Origin: Callorhinchus milii
Lineage: Eukaryota
Direction of reading: 5' to 3'
Length of the DNA stretch: 64,000 nucleotides
NCBI RefSeq assembly: GCF_018977255.1
Contig: NW_024704743.1
Coordinates: 45,572,001 to 45,636,000, forward strand
Position numbers and translations under genes: made by a program. This document shows, one piece after another, positions 13,689 to 26,423 of this stretch (the stretch's first letter is position 1; each line of letters opens with the position of its first letter). The notes beneath the pieces were generated by a model that worked only from the letters and a program-made list of their open reading frames with translations, did no database searches and had not been told where the DNA came from.

Positions 13689-14439
13689 GTTAATTTTTAG
13701 TTTGTGAGTGATTGAATCTCAGTACCACCAGGTGGCGCCTTTGTCTTCAGAATATATAATTGCTATTTTAACTGCTAGGTTAAGATATGTGGAATAGACA
13801 ACTTGGGAAGGCTGTGGGGGCACTGTGATAGAAAACTGATGAGGAAATCACATTTGGTCATTTAATAACCAAATTAATAGGCAGCTTTGAGGCAAAACAC
13901 ACCCCCAATTCCTATGTGCCTATCTCTGTGGTAGAGAAATAGCCATACATTTACAACTTGATACATGGCTTATTACTACTCATACACATTGTGATGAATA
14001 CCAAGTCATTAAACATAAACTTGAGAAAAAAAGTTTCCAAAATGCGATTACCCACTATGGTGACATTACCCATCATCTCTGCAAAATTACCGAAAATACA
14101 AGTAAACTGAACACTTCGCACATTATGCCATCCTGTGTAGACTCGTCATGGTGCCCTGGTTTAAAAATACACTCCACAGCTGGTGTAGAATTTGACTGAC
14201 ATAATTTTGTAATCATAGATATGATAACAATTATTAGATTTATTAAACGTGCATTTCCAATTTATATTGTTACTATAAATGCATAGAAGTATTTATATAT
14301 CAGTACTTAAGCAGATCAAGTGATTGTGAAATCATAAGGACAATTCAATACTAAAATCTGGTATGCATCGTGTTAAGTAATAAGCAATTTAGAACAAACT
14401 TACGAGCACAAGTTTTAAATATATTTATGAGTTTCTTAC

Positions 14440-14553
14440 CTCGAACTGATCAGGTACTTGAAGTTTAGGAGAAGGAATTCCAACAAGGAAATCAATCAGT
14501 ACCATAATAAGTATGGTAAGAAACACAGCAAAATCACTGATGAGAGCTCTGAC
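14440..14553 (-). CDS. slc4a7: slc4a7 coding exon w18 (114 nt)
   Basis: tatag|GTCAG...TCGAG|gtaaga; VRALISDFAVFLTILIMVLIDFLVGIPSPKLQVPDQFE. Confidence 0.95.
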
Positions 14554-15551
14554 CTATAATTTCCAAAAACAAAATTTGCTAGATTAATTGTTGCAATATA
14601 AGGATCTAAATTTTCCTCTCTAGGGCCATAATTATATCACCACTAAAAAAATCCATTTACTAATTGGCTATGTTTCTACTGACAATAAATATGTAATGCC
14701 AGTAAGGTTGGGTTGTTATGCTTTTTTAATTATTTTATTTATTATTATAAAACATAAATGTATTTATTTTATTAATATATCTTCATTGGAAAGCAAGATT
14801 TCACTAAGATATGTTATTCTATTGCAGTCATAGAAGTGATTTGATTATATCTGAGAAAATGATTCTAGCTGTGTTTGAAAGATGGAATCTGTTGTTACTC
14901 CTTCTTCTTTATGGTTTCCATTGTGCCACCAACCCCAAAAAGGAAAGAAACCTGTCCCCTAGCCCTCTACTATTACATACTGGTTGGTGGCGGGGGGGGG
15001 GGGGGGGAGGGGGGGGAATGGCCTAGAATGCCATTGGTTTTGTCCTCCTTCCCAATACTTACTTAGATCCTTTGCAGGAATGAGCCTTCTGTGTGCTCCT
15101 CTTGACACAGCAACTATATACTGTGACGGCCAGTGGGACCAAAAGACAATTACATTTAGAGAAAATGGTGGTGTGAAAATAAGGTTCAAGCTGGCCTCAT
15201 CTTTGCTCATGTGGAGGTGAGGAAGGGAAGGCAAGGCACAGGTCAGTTATTCAGATACGCAGCCCAAAATTACCTCATTTCCAGTAGCAACTAATTACCT
15301 GCAGGAGGGAGATGTATTTATCTTGCAACGCCAGCTTCAAGCAGGTTAAAAAAACTCAGATCTGACAGTTTGCAGCCCAACAAGCTAATTAAGTTTTAGT
15401 ATGTAATATTATTATTATAATATGCATACATAATAAACATTTACAGCTTTATCTATGTGGATCACAGATGCCATATAAAATATTATGGATTTGCAGCACT
15501 CTGATAATACAGCAGTACTAAATTAGAACCATACAAAATGCTTTCATTTAC

Positions 15552-15713
15552 CTTTGTTGGAAAATACCGTTTGGTTTTGAATTGTTTCAGGAAGGAGGAA
15601 AGAAAAAATGTTGAGAAAAATAAAATTATCGACCAAAAGAGAACATCAGGAACATAAGGACCGTGTTTCCCGCAGGCTAATCCGACAAAAGTCCCACCAT
15701 TGTCTTGGCATTC
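15552..15713 (-). CDS. slc4a7: slc4a7 coding exon w17 (162 nt)
   Basis: gttag|GAATG...CAAAG|gtaaat; ECQDNGGTFVGLACGKHGPYVPDVLFWSIILFFSTFFLSSFLKQFKTKRYFPTK. Confidence 0.95.
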
Positions 15714-16294
15714 CTAACAAGAACACATAAATGAGAAGCCACAGCTGATTAGCTAAAGAAGAAAACATTTTGAGAACATTCAGATATAGTGTTTGCCTAA
15801 TGTTCACATTGTGTAGTTAATCAAACATTCCCCATATCTTGTACTTTTAACTCTGATATCCAATCACAATCACAACCTAAATTCCATACTGCAATTAAGT
15901 GCAACATGGTCAGATTACAAGATTGGTTTGGATGAAAAAGGCCTTCGGCCCATCTGATATTTCACCAATGTGACTATTGTGCATTGATAGTCAACAAGTT
16001 TTGAATCACAAGGGCCATGATTGTCTATTCCCTTTCCCTCCTGATCACAAGACTGATTTGGAATGAAGAAGGCCCTTCAGCCCATCTGATCTCATCCCTC
16101 CAGAACAGCCACCCTACAAGCACCAAGCTGCTTTATAAACAAGTCTAGTGTCCTGACCTCTACCACCTTTCTTGTGTTTCAGTTGTTGATTACCCTCTGA
16201 GTAAAGAACAACTTCCTGGTATCTATTCTGAAATTTCCCTTTACAACTCTAAATCTACATCCTCTTGTTCTACTGTCATGATTGACGTGTGTGA

Positions 16295-16445
16295 GCCTCG
16301 TGCAGTAGTAGCACTCTCATCTCTGAGTCAGAAGGTTGTGGGTTCAGGCCCCACATTAGGACTTGAAATCATGTCTGTGAAGCACTTTAAGATTTACTGA
16401 TGATGTGATAAGGCACTATATCAAATGCAAGGTTTATTTTTATTG
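16295..16445 (+). mobile_element. SINE family B head joined directly to tail (internally deleted)
   Basis: gtagcactctc..ctgagtcagaaggttgtgggttcaggcccc followed by tgtgaagcacttt...tatatcaaatgcaagg. Confidence 0.65.
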
Positions 16446-17142
16446 TAATAATTTATAAAAGATTTGAGATCTCTCAAACTGAGGATGAAAATCAGAATAG
16501 CAAAGTATCAAGAGTATGGTGGGGGTGTGGGCTGAATTTTGTGAACATTGTGAAGTTTACACAATACTTTTATATTCAGTTATATTGCATGTTTCAACTG
16601 GATTCTACTGACTTGAAATAAATAACTGATTGATTAAAAAAATGAAGGTGATACCCTATTTGAGGATGCTCTTTCAAGACAGGGCTTCAGGGATAATAAT
16701 TGCTCTGCTTATGGGGTCTGGTATATCTCGGCTTGCATTCGGTGCCCAGTACCTTTGACACTGATCTTTGCTTTCGGGCACAAATAATTTGCCCACAATT
16801 ACAGTCGCTACACCTGAAAGCAATTATCTGTGAAGTGCTCTGAGATTCCTTTGTTCAGATGCAATATCAAATACAAGGATGATCATAAAATATATTTTTT
16901 AAAAATAGAAATGTAATCAATCATCCTGAAAAACAAGTACCAAAAAGTGACATTAATTGTGATTAGCTTCTTTAGATGTGTCTGATGTGCAAGCTACAAG
17001 GAGTGATGCCAAGTCAAACATGGAAATTGCCTGCTTGATCTTTACACTTAAATTAAGTTAGCATTCAAAGCTCAATTTGTACAGTGCAATATTTCTACGT
17101 GCAGTTTAAATTCAAAAAAAAATTCAACCTAAAGCAACTTAC

Positions 17143-17236
17143 TTTTGCAGTGAGATTCCCCCATGCTGTTATATTATTTTGAATTGAGAAATCCACAGTC
17201 TGATTTACAGGATAAGTTGGTTCAGCACAGACGCAC
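17143..17236 (-). CDS. slc4a7: slc4a7 coding exon w16 (94 nt), glycosylated extracellular loop 3
   Basis: gatag|GTGCG...GCAAAA|gtaagt; CVCAEPTYPVNQTVDFSIQNNITAWGNLTAK (sequons NQT, NIT, NLT). Confidence 0.9.
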
Positions 17237-18569
17237 CTATCCAGGAAAAGGAAACATTTTAAAACACATATCGATCGGCAAATACAGACATGAAAATAAA
17301 CTTACCTGTTTTGCCTTTTTCATTGAAACTTGCATTCAACTAATGCTTAAAACGTCAATATTTTAAGGCTGGATATCAAACCCACAATACACATACTTTT
17401 TTTTAATAGCAAAGAACACTTCACCATTACTTTCATTTAAACCAACCTATGCACAGCAAAGCAGAAAATAAACCACCCTTCGAATACCAAGCTCAAATTT
17501 GTTGAGGAGGAAGAGATGGAAATTTTGACCCCCAACTGTGCTCTGGTTAAATACATCTCCACTGACTCACTTTATTCCTTATTGTGTAGTGAATCAATCA
17601 CAGATTCAACTCTGGTTAACAACCAGATTTCTCTTTTCGCTTTGGGTGCACTGATCACATGAATTTCAAGTGCGCAAATTCAAACCTAGAATCTTTATTT
17701 TAAAATATCAAAATGCTCTGTTATAATGCAGTGCAATAGTGTAGTTAGATGGCTTATACAAAGCATCCAATTTTAATCAGTACAATTTTATGGGGAATGA
17801 TTATGGGGCAGTAACATTTTTCACCCATCAAACTTGATGTTGTGCTTGACCTCCAGCGTTACATCTGTTCTTGACCAAAAATATCTCTGGAACAGTATCC
17901 ACTTACGCCCTTGTCTCATGCCCTCTGCAGACAAACACTCTCACCTATACCTTTGTAACCTCAAGGTTAGACTACCCCAACGCATCCAAAACACAACAGT
18001 TCTCAGATCCTTGCTCTGACCATCAAATCCCTCCACAGTCTCACTCCTCCTTATCTATGCCATCTCCTTCAGTCCTGTTTTTCACATCTATGGCCTCAAC
18101 TATCCCATGTATCCTCTTGTCCATGCTCAGTACTCCCTTTTTGCTATGGAAAGTGCTCAGAGTTGTTCATCTTAACGGGAAGGCAGTATAAAAATTCAAG
18201 TACTGATATTAGTTTCTAATAAATTAACAATTCATTTAACACAATTCTTATTCATGGTTGACCTTTGAAAAGTTTGCTAAATAATTTAGTGGGCGATCAG
18301 CAGAATTTACAGATAATAATACAGATAATAATAATAATAATATAATAATAATAGATAATGCTTTGAAATTGAATCAAAGCAACACATTTCTAAATTATAG
18401 CTGTCGTATGGGCTAAAGATTCATTGTGTAAAAGCCCACATTTATTGCAAATACTGAACAGTTTAACGGTTCAACTCACTCCACAAGAAAATCTATCCAG
18501 AGAAAGAGAGGAGGAATATATACAGGCTGGCTTATTTTTGCTTTACAGTTTGACAACAAAAAGCTTATC

Positions 18570-18899
18570 GTGGAGTCCTGTAGCTCAGTGGTTAGAGCAC
18601 TCGCTTTGCAAGCGAGAGACGTGAGTTCAATTCCAGGCAGGGCGAAACCTTGGGCAAGTTTCCTTACTCCACACGCCTAATAATAATCCCTCCAAAACCA
18701 AAAACAATAATAAAAATTGGTCATTTTCACTGTACGACTGTTTGTGAGTCATTGCTGTGTGCAATTGGCTGCCGCGTTCGCCCACAAATATACAGTCAAT
18801 TCACTTTACAGTGTGTTCTGTGAAGCGCTTTGGGACGTCCTCCTGACGTGAAAAGCGCTATATTAAATGCAAGGATTATTATTATTTATTATTATTATT
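18570..18899 (+). mobile_element. tRNA(Ala)-like SINE (family A)
   Basis: Cloverleaf-like head with anticodon arm CTCGC-TTTGCAA-GCGAG, shared body, hairpin tail and (ATT)n. Confidence 0.9.
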
Positions 18900-21049
18900 G
18901 TACTCAGTATGTTCGTGATTCCAGAGATCCCTATTTGAATAAATCCAAGATAGTAATATAGTGAAATTTCAGGCTGAAGACCATTGGTCCATTCTAGTCT
19001 AACCATCCAACGTCCCAAAATTCCTCGAGATGAAATCTTTTTGAATAGTGTTTGATGTCAGAGAATGCACAGAGTGCTTAAATACATGGCTAAATTAGGA
19101 AATATAAGTGTCCAAATTCTACAATGAGAAAAGCAGCCTAATACAAAGGTTAGACTTTCAATTTTAACTTTTATTCCTAACCATCTTGGGTATTTTCCTT
19201 ATTTTCAAAGGGAAGCATCTAATATGTTGATCTAGTCTATAAGGAATGGGTTAAGATGACAATCAACCAAAATAGGTTGCCAGCTTTTGGCTCTTAATCT
19301 GTTCTATTAGAGCAAGATTTTGCTCTTGATCCATTTACACAGTAGAAATACTGTAATGCATTTTGCATACACATTAGTACGTTGCTACAAGTTTGTATGT
19401 CGCAATTGAAAGGCGCTAGGAACCTGGAGAAGTCCTACCGCATTAACAATTTTGCTGGTAGAGGTCGACTGATGCCATGGAGTTTTTCATGTACCTTCCC
19501 ACTTTCAACATCCTTGAAGCGCTGGGATTGCACGCAAACAATTTTGGAATAGAAGGGACAGCTGGGAGCTAAGGAGAACAAAAAGGTTAAAAACGAGAGA
19601 AAATGGAAAATTACATAATTATAGGGACACTCCATGGGAAGCCAAGGAACACTGAATTTATCCCAATAATCATTAAACACCGCTCGTGAGTAAGTGGGAG
19701 CAACGCTTAGAAACAGAAAAGACCATTCAGCCTATTTAAGACAGCTTCTTCGACAGACTACAAAACCTAACCTTCCATGAACATCATCTCACCCATCTTC
19801 TGAAAGAAATGTGCTTCATAGATGAACTGTGAACCTAAAAGGCAATAAAGCAAAATCTATCCATTTCTCCTTCCCATTCCCACCCCCATTTCCCCCTCAA
19901 ACCTGACTTCCTCCCCAGCTGCAGCTGTAGGGAAATAATTGTTTGTGGAGAATGTATTGATGTTAGCCTGCACCTATCCCAATATCCTCCAATAAGATAA
20001 ATTTTGTATTGAATGGCTTCGCATTGCATATTCTGTGCAATGTAATCAGTTGATTGTTTTTATCTGGCCTACTAGGAATATGGAGGTTCAATATCACCCA
20101 TGCCTTGTGAAATGGCTCCCTTTCCTCTAGTAAATGTTATGCAGAATCCTGAATTCCTGGGTAAAATGAGTAAAAATGAGTAAAAACAGTATTTCAGTAA
20201 AGGATGGTAGGCCGAGTTTGCATTTCTAACTTCAGAACTCTAACTAGACATCATTCATTCAAGCAAACACCTTGTGATAACTTGGAAAAAATCCGACATC
20301 TTCTCAGTACCCTTGACTACCACTTCCTGAATTGACAATTTCAAGACACTTGAATCTATTTTTAGTGCTAATGTGTGAGCATTAGAAAATTTGAGTAGCA
20401 CTAACAAACTAAAAAAAACATTTTTGGGGCATTTACAAAGGTTATGTATGAGACTGAGTATTGTCGCATAACAACAAGTATAATTCCCACACCTGAATAA
20501 ATTATGAACAGAAATTAATTTACAATTGATAAGAAGAACACAACTTCAGGCACCACTGCCTCAGGAAACGGACAAAATTAGAAAATTGAAAGAAATTGTG
20601 GCAATCAGTTCTCGAAACGTGAACTAATTGATGAACTTTAATTACTGTAGAAAAATAGCCTTTCGAAAAAAAATCAGTTTCTGAACCACTTAATGTACTG
20701 AAATATACCCTCAGTACACATTTCAGACAAACATACCCTAATGGGTGGGATGTTGCAGGCACAACCATGTAAGAAGACTCCAAAGTCAGCAGGGAAATGT
20801 ATTTGGGATACTAGGAAGTCTATTCTGGTGTCTTGACCAAATTCAAGCTATTAAAGTATAAAAAGACCGGGGGGGGGAGACGGTAGCATCAAGCACTTCC
20901 AGCCTCAAGAGCAGCTAAGCAAATAGGTTCCCATATACAGAATAAATCTCCCTCCACTCTGAACCAGATTATCTTAACTCAAGGCTCAGAAGACGGCTAC
21001 AACTACACCATGTGAACTGTTTCACTTGCTCGTCCTCCGATACAATACG

Positions 21050-21430
21050 AAATACAATACAAAAATACATTGTAAAGCGCCTTTCATATCGGGAGGATGT
21101 CCCAAGGAGCTGGACAGTCAGGGACTTAGACCTGAGCAGAGGGCTTTTGGGATCAGGAAGGGTGGAGGGGAGGGAGGGTAGGAGGGTGGCCGAAGGCGCA
21201 GTCGGAGAAGGGTCTTGAGACGTGCCTTGAAGGAGGCAAGGGAGGGAGGCAAAGGGAATGTGGGATGGAGTTCCAAAGCGTGGGGGCAGAGAGGCTGAAG
21301 GCCCGACCGCCGATGGTGGGGCGGGCTGGGCTGGGGATGTGTGCCAGGTTGATGATATGGCAGTTCACAGAGGTAGGAAGGGGCAAGGCCTTGGAGGGCT
21401 TTTTGGCCTCCAACCAAGACTACTAATTTC
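21050..21430 (-). mobile_element. L2 3' end fragment
   Basis: KALQGLAPSYLCEL / IGGRAFSLSAPTLWNSIP / ASFKARLKT plus 3' tail. Confidence 0.8.
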
Positions 21431-23308
21431 CTGTCCAATTGTAGACAGTTTTATGCTGCTGGCCTAGGTCCACAAGGAACCAGGTAACTGGTCGAAAATA
21501 ACACGATAGTCAGTCTGGGATGGAATCAAACCCCAGGTCACAGAGATCAAAGTGTAATACAGTTTAAGACTACCATGTTGGCCACACCTTAATAAATAGA
21601 TCAACATTAATATCTAATCGACAAAGGGGGTACAGAACACAACAAGAATTATTACATACATAGAGAGTAAATGTATTCTAGTCGCACAGATCTACTTAAT
21701 ATAGGGAGTAAGTTGAGTTTTCTTGGAGCTGGCTCCAAGGGGGCATACTTGGCAAGGGAATGCTGGAATAAAGTCTACTCTCTATGGCACTCTCAGTAGT
21801 CCAGTTCCTGAACCAGGCAGGTTTGCAGGAGTCCAGATGACTGTCCAGCCAGCCTGGCCATCAGCAGGACACGGAACAGCAAAATCACTACGAACAGGGA
21901 TTCTTCCCACTTAGCTTCAGTGCAAGCCAAAGCCTTAATGGGTAAGGCAGTCATTGCTGGACAAGCAGTAGTAAGCTTGCCAGACAGTGCTCTCAATGGC
22001 AATTCGTACGGTTTTAGTTGGTAAAATATCAGCACACTCAAGCTTTGGTCCTCACCCAATACTCTCCCAACTTAGGTGTGTCCCTCCAAAGAGAGTGTGC
22101 ATTCCATTCCAGACACAGAAAAATTTTCACCTGTAGGTGGCACACATATGTAGAACTTAGTCTGGTTTGGATACTCTTAAGCATAGTGATTGGTTTCTGC
22201 AAATATCAGATACTCTGACAAAGGAAAGCACCTGTATACTTATTCACTTTATTCCCATCCTGTATTTTAAAATTGCTGATCGGGGACAGACTGGGAACAG
22301 GTATTTTGTGCAGAACTAATCTGATGCAATATTTTACTGACCACATGAATGAAAATGCTTCCCACTGTTTTCATTCATAGCATCACTGAGGGGGAAGGAT
22401 AGGGGAACAGGTGATCTCCACAAAAGATCTGATCCTCAACTGTCTCTACTTACCAGTTGTATGTTATAAAACATGGTAAGAAGTGGGAAATACTGACACT
22501 CAGTGTAATGACATCTCCCCCTTATGACAATTAAGAATTTCACAGTTCAAAGAATTTCCTTTAAACAATCTATACTGATTGTTAAAAATCAAGGCAATTT
22601 TTGTGAAAACGGCAATTTAAATAAAACGAAAATAAGAGTTAACACCTTCAGATACTTCAATGATGCAGGTTCACTCCATTCCTTAGACTGAAAACAACTA
22701 AGAAAAGGAGTCATCCTAATCTGTACTTAATGGTTATAACACAAAACAGGTTTTAGCACCAAATCCTTAAATAATGTTAAGACACAAAAATAAGCTACAA
22801 AATTGTATATACTAAAATGTTACCTCTTAAATACAAGGGCTGCTTTTCAATAATCAAATGTAGATTTGCTACATACTGTGTTTATCTTCCTGATAAGGCA
22901 TTAAACACAAGATTAATTTGATCCCTATCAAAGAAATTACATGGAAAAGAACAAGACACTGGAAGCAATTACCAGGTAAAACACACATGGTTCAGATTAT
23001 ATCAAACTGAAAGAACAAAGCTCAATGGGTTTAGAAGGTATCTGAACCTAGAGATGAGATTATAAACTTAGTCATTTCTATCTACATCTTTCTAACTTGT
23101 ATATGGAACTGGTGGAGCAGTCACCCTCCATATCCACAATTTTAATTTGACATTATTAGGCATAATGACAAACATGCGCAAATCAGGTATTCTAAGCAAT
23201 TAGTCCCCAGTGATAATCTCATTGAAGAACTACCTTAAACAAGAGTATGCTGAATTACCAGGAGACTATTATAAGATTTACTGACAAATAGATACACAAA
23301 TTGCTTAC

Positions 23309-23554
23309 GAGTATTGGGTTAGCTTCTCCAGATCATCATGCATATTAATTGGATATTTCTCTCCCAGGTCTAGCAGCTTTTCCAATGCTTCATAAATGAA
23401 TATAATACAAATAAGAGCAGCAAAGGCTTCTTCTGTAAAGCGGGTTATGTAGCAAACCAGACTACTTGAATCAGTAGCAACCAATACGATGCAGAGGAAT
23501 GCAGTCCACAATCCAATGCTGCCACGAAGTGAGAGATACGAAAGACCATACTGC
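23309..23554 (-). CDS. slc4a7: slc4a7 coding exon w15 (246 nt)
   Basis: aacag|GCAGT...TACTC|gtaagc; QYGLSYLSLRGSIGLWTAFLCIVLVATDSSSLVCYITRFTEEAFAALICIIFIYEALEKL...LTQYS. Confidence 0.95.
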
Positions 23555-24070
23555 CTGTTGAAGGAATAAAATACAAATTCAAATTATTGTTCAGTTCTTA
23601 TAAAATGCAACACATATAGTCATGCTAGCAAAGTTATAACTGGCTTCCCTCAGGAAGCAACAGGGAGCAAGAGAGGAGAGAGATGAAATGAAGCAAGTGA
23701 GAGAACAGAGGAGGTGTCACCGTCAACAACTCAAACCTCTGGTCCACTTCTATAAGGAATATAAAATAAAAAAGTAGAAGAAAAAAAATCACCCTCAAAT
23801 GTTTGTTCACTTTCCAAAAATATGGCTGCTAACAATGTCAGTTAATAGCTTGCTTATAGACCACTAAGATGGCAGAGCTGTATAGTGCTAGTTTTTCTTT
23901 ATTTTCAGATACTTTGCAATATTCCTCGTTATTTCATCAAAACTATTCAGAACCACAACATTCTGTTTCAGAACTGAAGAAAGAGTAGATTCTTGTATTT
24001 GAAGGGAGTTTAAAGAGAAAACAAAGTCTATGGGTTCCCATGGTCAAAGTATCTTTCCATCAATTATAGC

Positions 24071-25005
24071 CAGGGCCAATAGAAAATTGCGGAAATATTT
24101 GCCAAAAAGTGTGGAGAAATTTGACGGGTTTTGCAGAATAATAATAATAATCCTTGCATTTGATATAGCACTTTTCACGAAAGTTGATTAGTGCCATTGA
24201 GAGCTATATTTTACTGCCAACCCACATTTTTTCAATTTATTGATGAAGACTAAACACGGAGAACTAACACACATTGTTATTTAACACATCCTGCCTCTTG
24301 GGGCCTGTCACCGGACACAGACTCACAAACACACATATTCTCACAGAGAGAAAGACACAGGCCGCGCACACTCACACAGAAAGACACATGCACGCACACA
24401 GAAAAAGCCGCACACACAGGCACTCGCAAAAAAAGCCGCACACACAGGCACTCGCAGAAAAAGCCGCACACACAGGCACTCGCAGAAAAAGATGCGCACG
24501 CAGAAAAAGATGCGCACGCAGAGAAACACGCGCACGCAGAGAAACACGCGCACAGTCACACGCAGAGAAAGACACACACGCACACAGTCACACACAGAGA
24601 AAGACGCACACGCACACACAGAACATGCGTTCATTCAGACACTCACAGATACAGAGAGACACACTCAGACACACACATACAGACAGAGAGAGAGACACAC
24701 AAACACACACACATACAGACAATCTCAACAGCGGGACCTTGGGACGTCCTCCTGACGTGAAAGGCGCTTTATAAATGGAATCTTGTTGTTGTTGTTGATG
24801 AGTGAAGCCTATTTCTGGCTTACACCTCCCCATGCATCCGCGTCTGGAGCTGCTCCACCCACAGTAGCGGCGTCGAGTAAACACCCGGCAGCAACTCAAG
24901 AGGCCAGGGCTTGGAGCTCACTGTGTGTGTACAGGCTTGTCGCGGAGGAGAGCGTTTGTAGCGATTTCTCTGCAAAATTGCAGCCGCACTTTTCTATTAG
25001 CCCAG
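24071..25005. mobile_element. Non-autonomous hAT-type DNA transposon with 22-bp imperfect TIRs and 8-bp TSD
   Basis: Left TIR CAGGGCCAATAGAAAATTGCGG; right TIR (reverse complement) CTGGGCTAATAGAAAAGTGCGG (19/22). Flanks ATTATAGC (24063-24070) and GTTATAGC (25006-25013). Confidence 0.8.
24313..24720 (+). repeat. (CA/GA)-rich low-complexity tract containing 28-bp x3 and 18-bp x4 minisatellites
   Basis: gaaaaagccgcacacacaggcactcgca at 24401, 24429, 24457; ga(a/g)aaa(g/c)a(t/c)gcgcacgca from 24485. Confidence 0.9.
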
Positions 25006-26289
25006 GTTATAGCCCAGTACAGTACAGTAGGAGTCGTCACAGTTAATTATTCCATATGACTTACCTTTCCAGTTACATTATTGTCAGTCTGGCTCAGTTA
25101 GTAGCAAGCACTCTCTCACCTCATACAGAATTAGCTTGAATGAGAAGCATCCTACATTCATAGCAGTAATGGAATTCCTATAAAATGCTGCATTATAATT
25201 CAGTGTGAACACCTATAATTCATCACTAATGGACCTTGGATGGTAATAGAGTTTGTAGTCAAGAAACAACACAGAATAGAGAGAACACAGAATATCCTCA
25301 TTCTTCTCTTCAATAGAAAGACATAGTATAGTATTGATATCTGGCCAAAATACCTTTTCCGAAAGAGTGTACGCCGATAAATGTATGGTTGTGATTTGCC
25401 TCTAATAAAGATTGTTGAAATTGACAGACACTAATTGTGGAGTCTCACTCCAATCAAACAGCTCACGAGAGATCCTCTCAATTTTCTTACGATGAAAGGC
25501 TGGGAGAGACTCAATCTAAACAATTGGCAAAGAGGTTAGCCTTCAAATGAAACAGAAATCTATTGTTTTTCCTTAAGTTGAAAGTTCCTCTTTTTGCAGA
25601 GCACAAGACTCATTGAGACATAGACCAGGTTACAAAGAGCATGTGTTTACAAACCTCGAAAAGTTCAAATCTTGTTTCCTTGACCGGTTAACAAACAGCT
25701 ATAACTGATTTTGAACAGAGAAAAACAAGCTGACAAATAGTAAGGAAGCAGATTTTAAAGTGTTGAAATGGATGAGGCCATGGAAGAGTTGTTCCAACAG
25801 TATCAAAATACCTTAAGAATTCTTGTTCCTTGCTATGTTTTCTTCCCATAACCTAACCGGTTAGCTAGACTCAGGATTTGATGATGGGACCAATCTACTA
25901 AAGATAATCATATTGGGTCCTTCGAAGAATTAAAAAAGTCAGAAAGTTGCAGTCTCAAATCCCACTCTGTACCAAATTACCAGATGAGGACTTCAATTAG
26001 TCACAGTAGCCCTGGATTGGGGACAGAGAAGAAAACCAAAAGCAGCCAAGGCACCCTAACATTTACTTTCTGGGCACAGACATAAAGAATCACGGCTTGG
26101 GTGAGGAACTAAATGAATGGACCCAACAATACAAAAACATTCAGATCTCCAGTTTGCTGCGAAATATTTCCTATGCATGTATTACCCAGAGCAGCCTGGT
26201 AAGGCGCTAAGTTCACACATTTCTCCTCTTCACAAGGAATGATACTTTACCCTTAGAAAGGGAGCAAAACAGTATAGAAAAATTCTTAC

Positions 26290-26423
26290 TTGCAGAATTT
26301 GAACAATATTTTTTCAAAAACCAGAACGGGTCCTGTGCTTCCCAATATTGTAAGTGGCTGTCCAGCAAATAATGAATAGGCAATTCCTGTCATTGAGGCT
26401 CCAAGGAGAGATTCTATTGCACT
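26290..26423 (-). CDS. slc4a7: slc4a7 coding exon w14 (134 nt)
   Basis: tacag|AGTGC...TGCAA|gtaaga; [45 protein letters not shown]. Confidence 0.95.

Noticed and set aside
14990..15016. Poly-G tracts (also ~59036 and ~60466) as G-quadruplex elements
   Set aside because: Simple homopolymers, error-prone in assembly, with no supporting context
18573..18645. tRNA-Ala(TGC)-like cloverleaf (also at 13311 and ~52020-52095)
   Set aside because: The T-stem and acceptor stem are imperfect and it continues into a shared SINE body and tail, so it is a SINE head rather than a tRNA gene
19435..19680. ORF containing VCVQ considered as an alternative extracellular-loop-3 exon
   Set aside because: No suitable splice sites or homology; the true exon is at 17143-17236
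24401..24556. Regularly spaced repeats resembling a CRISPR array
   Set aside because: Head-to-tail minisatellite with no unique spacers; eukaryotic intron, no cas genes
24274..24899. Several overlapping ORFs rich in H/T/R or C/V
   Set aside because: Artefacts of the CA/GA low-complexity tract
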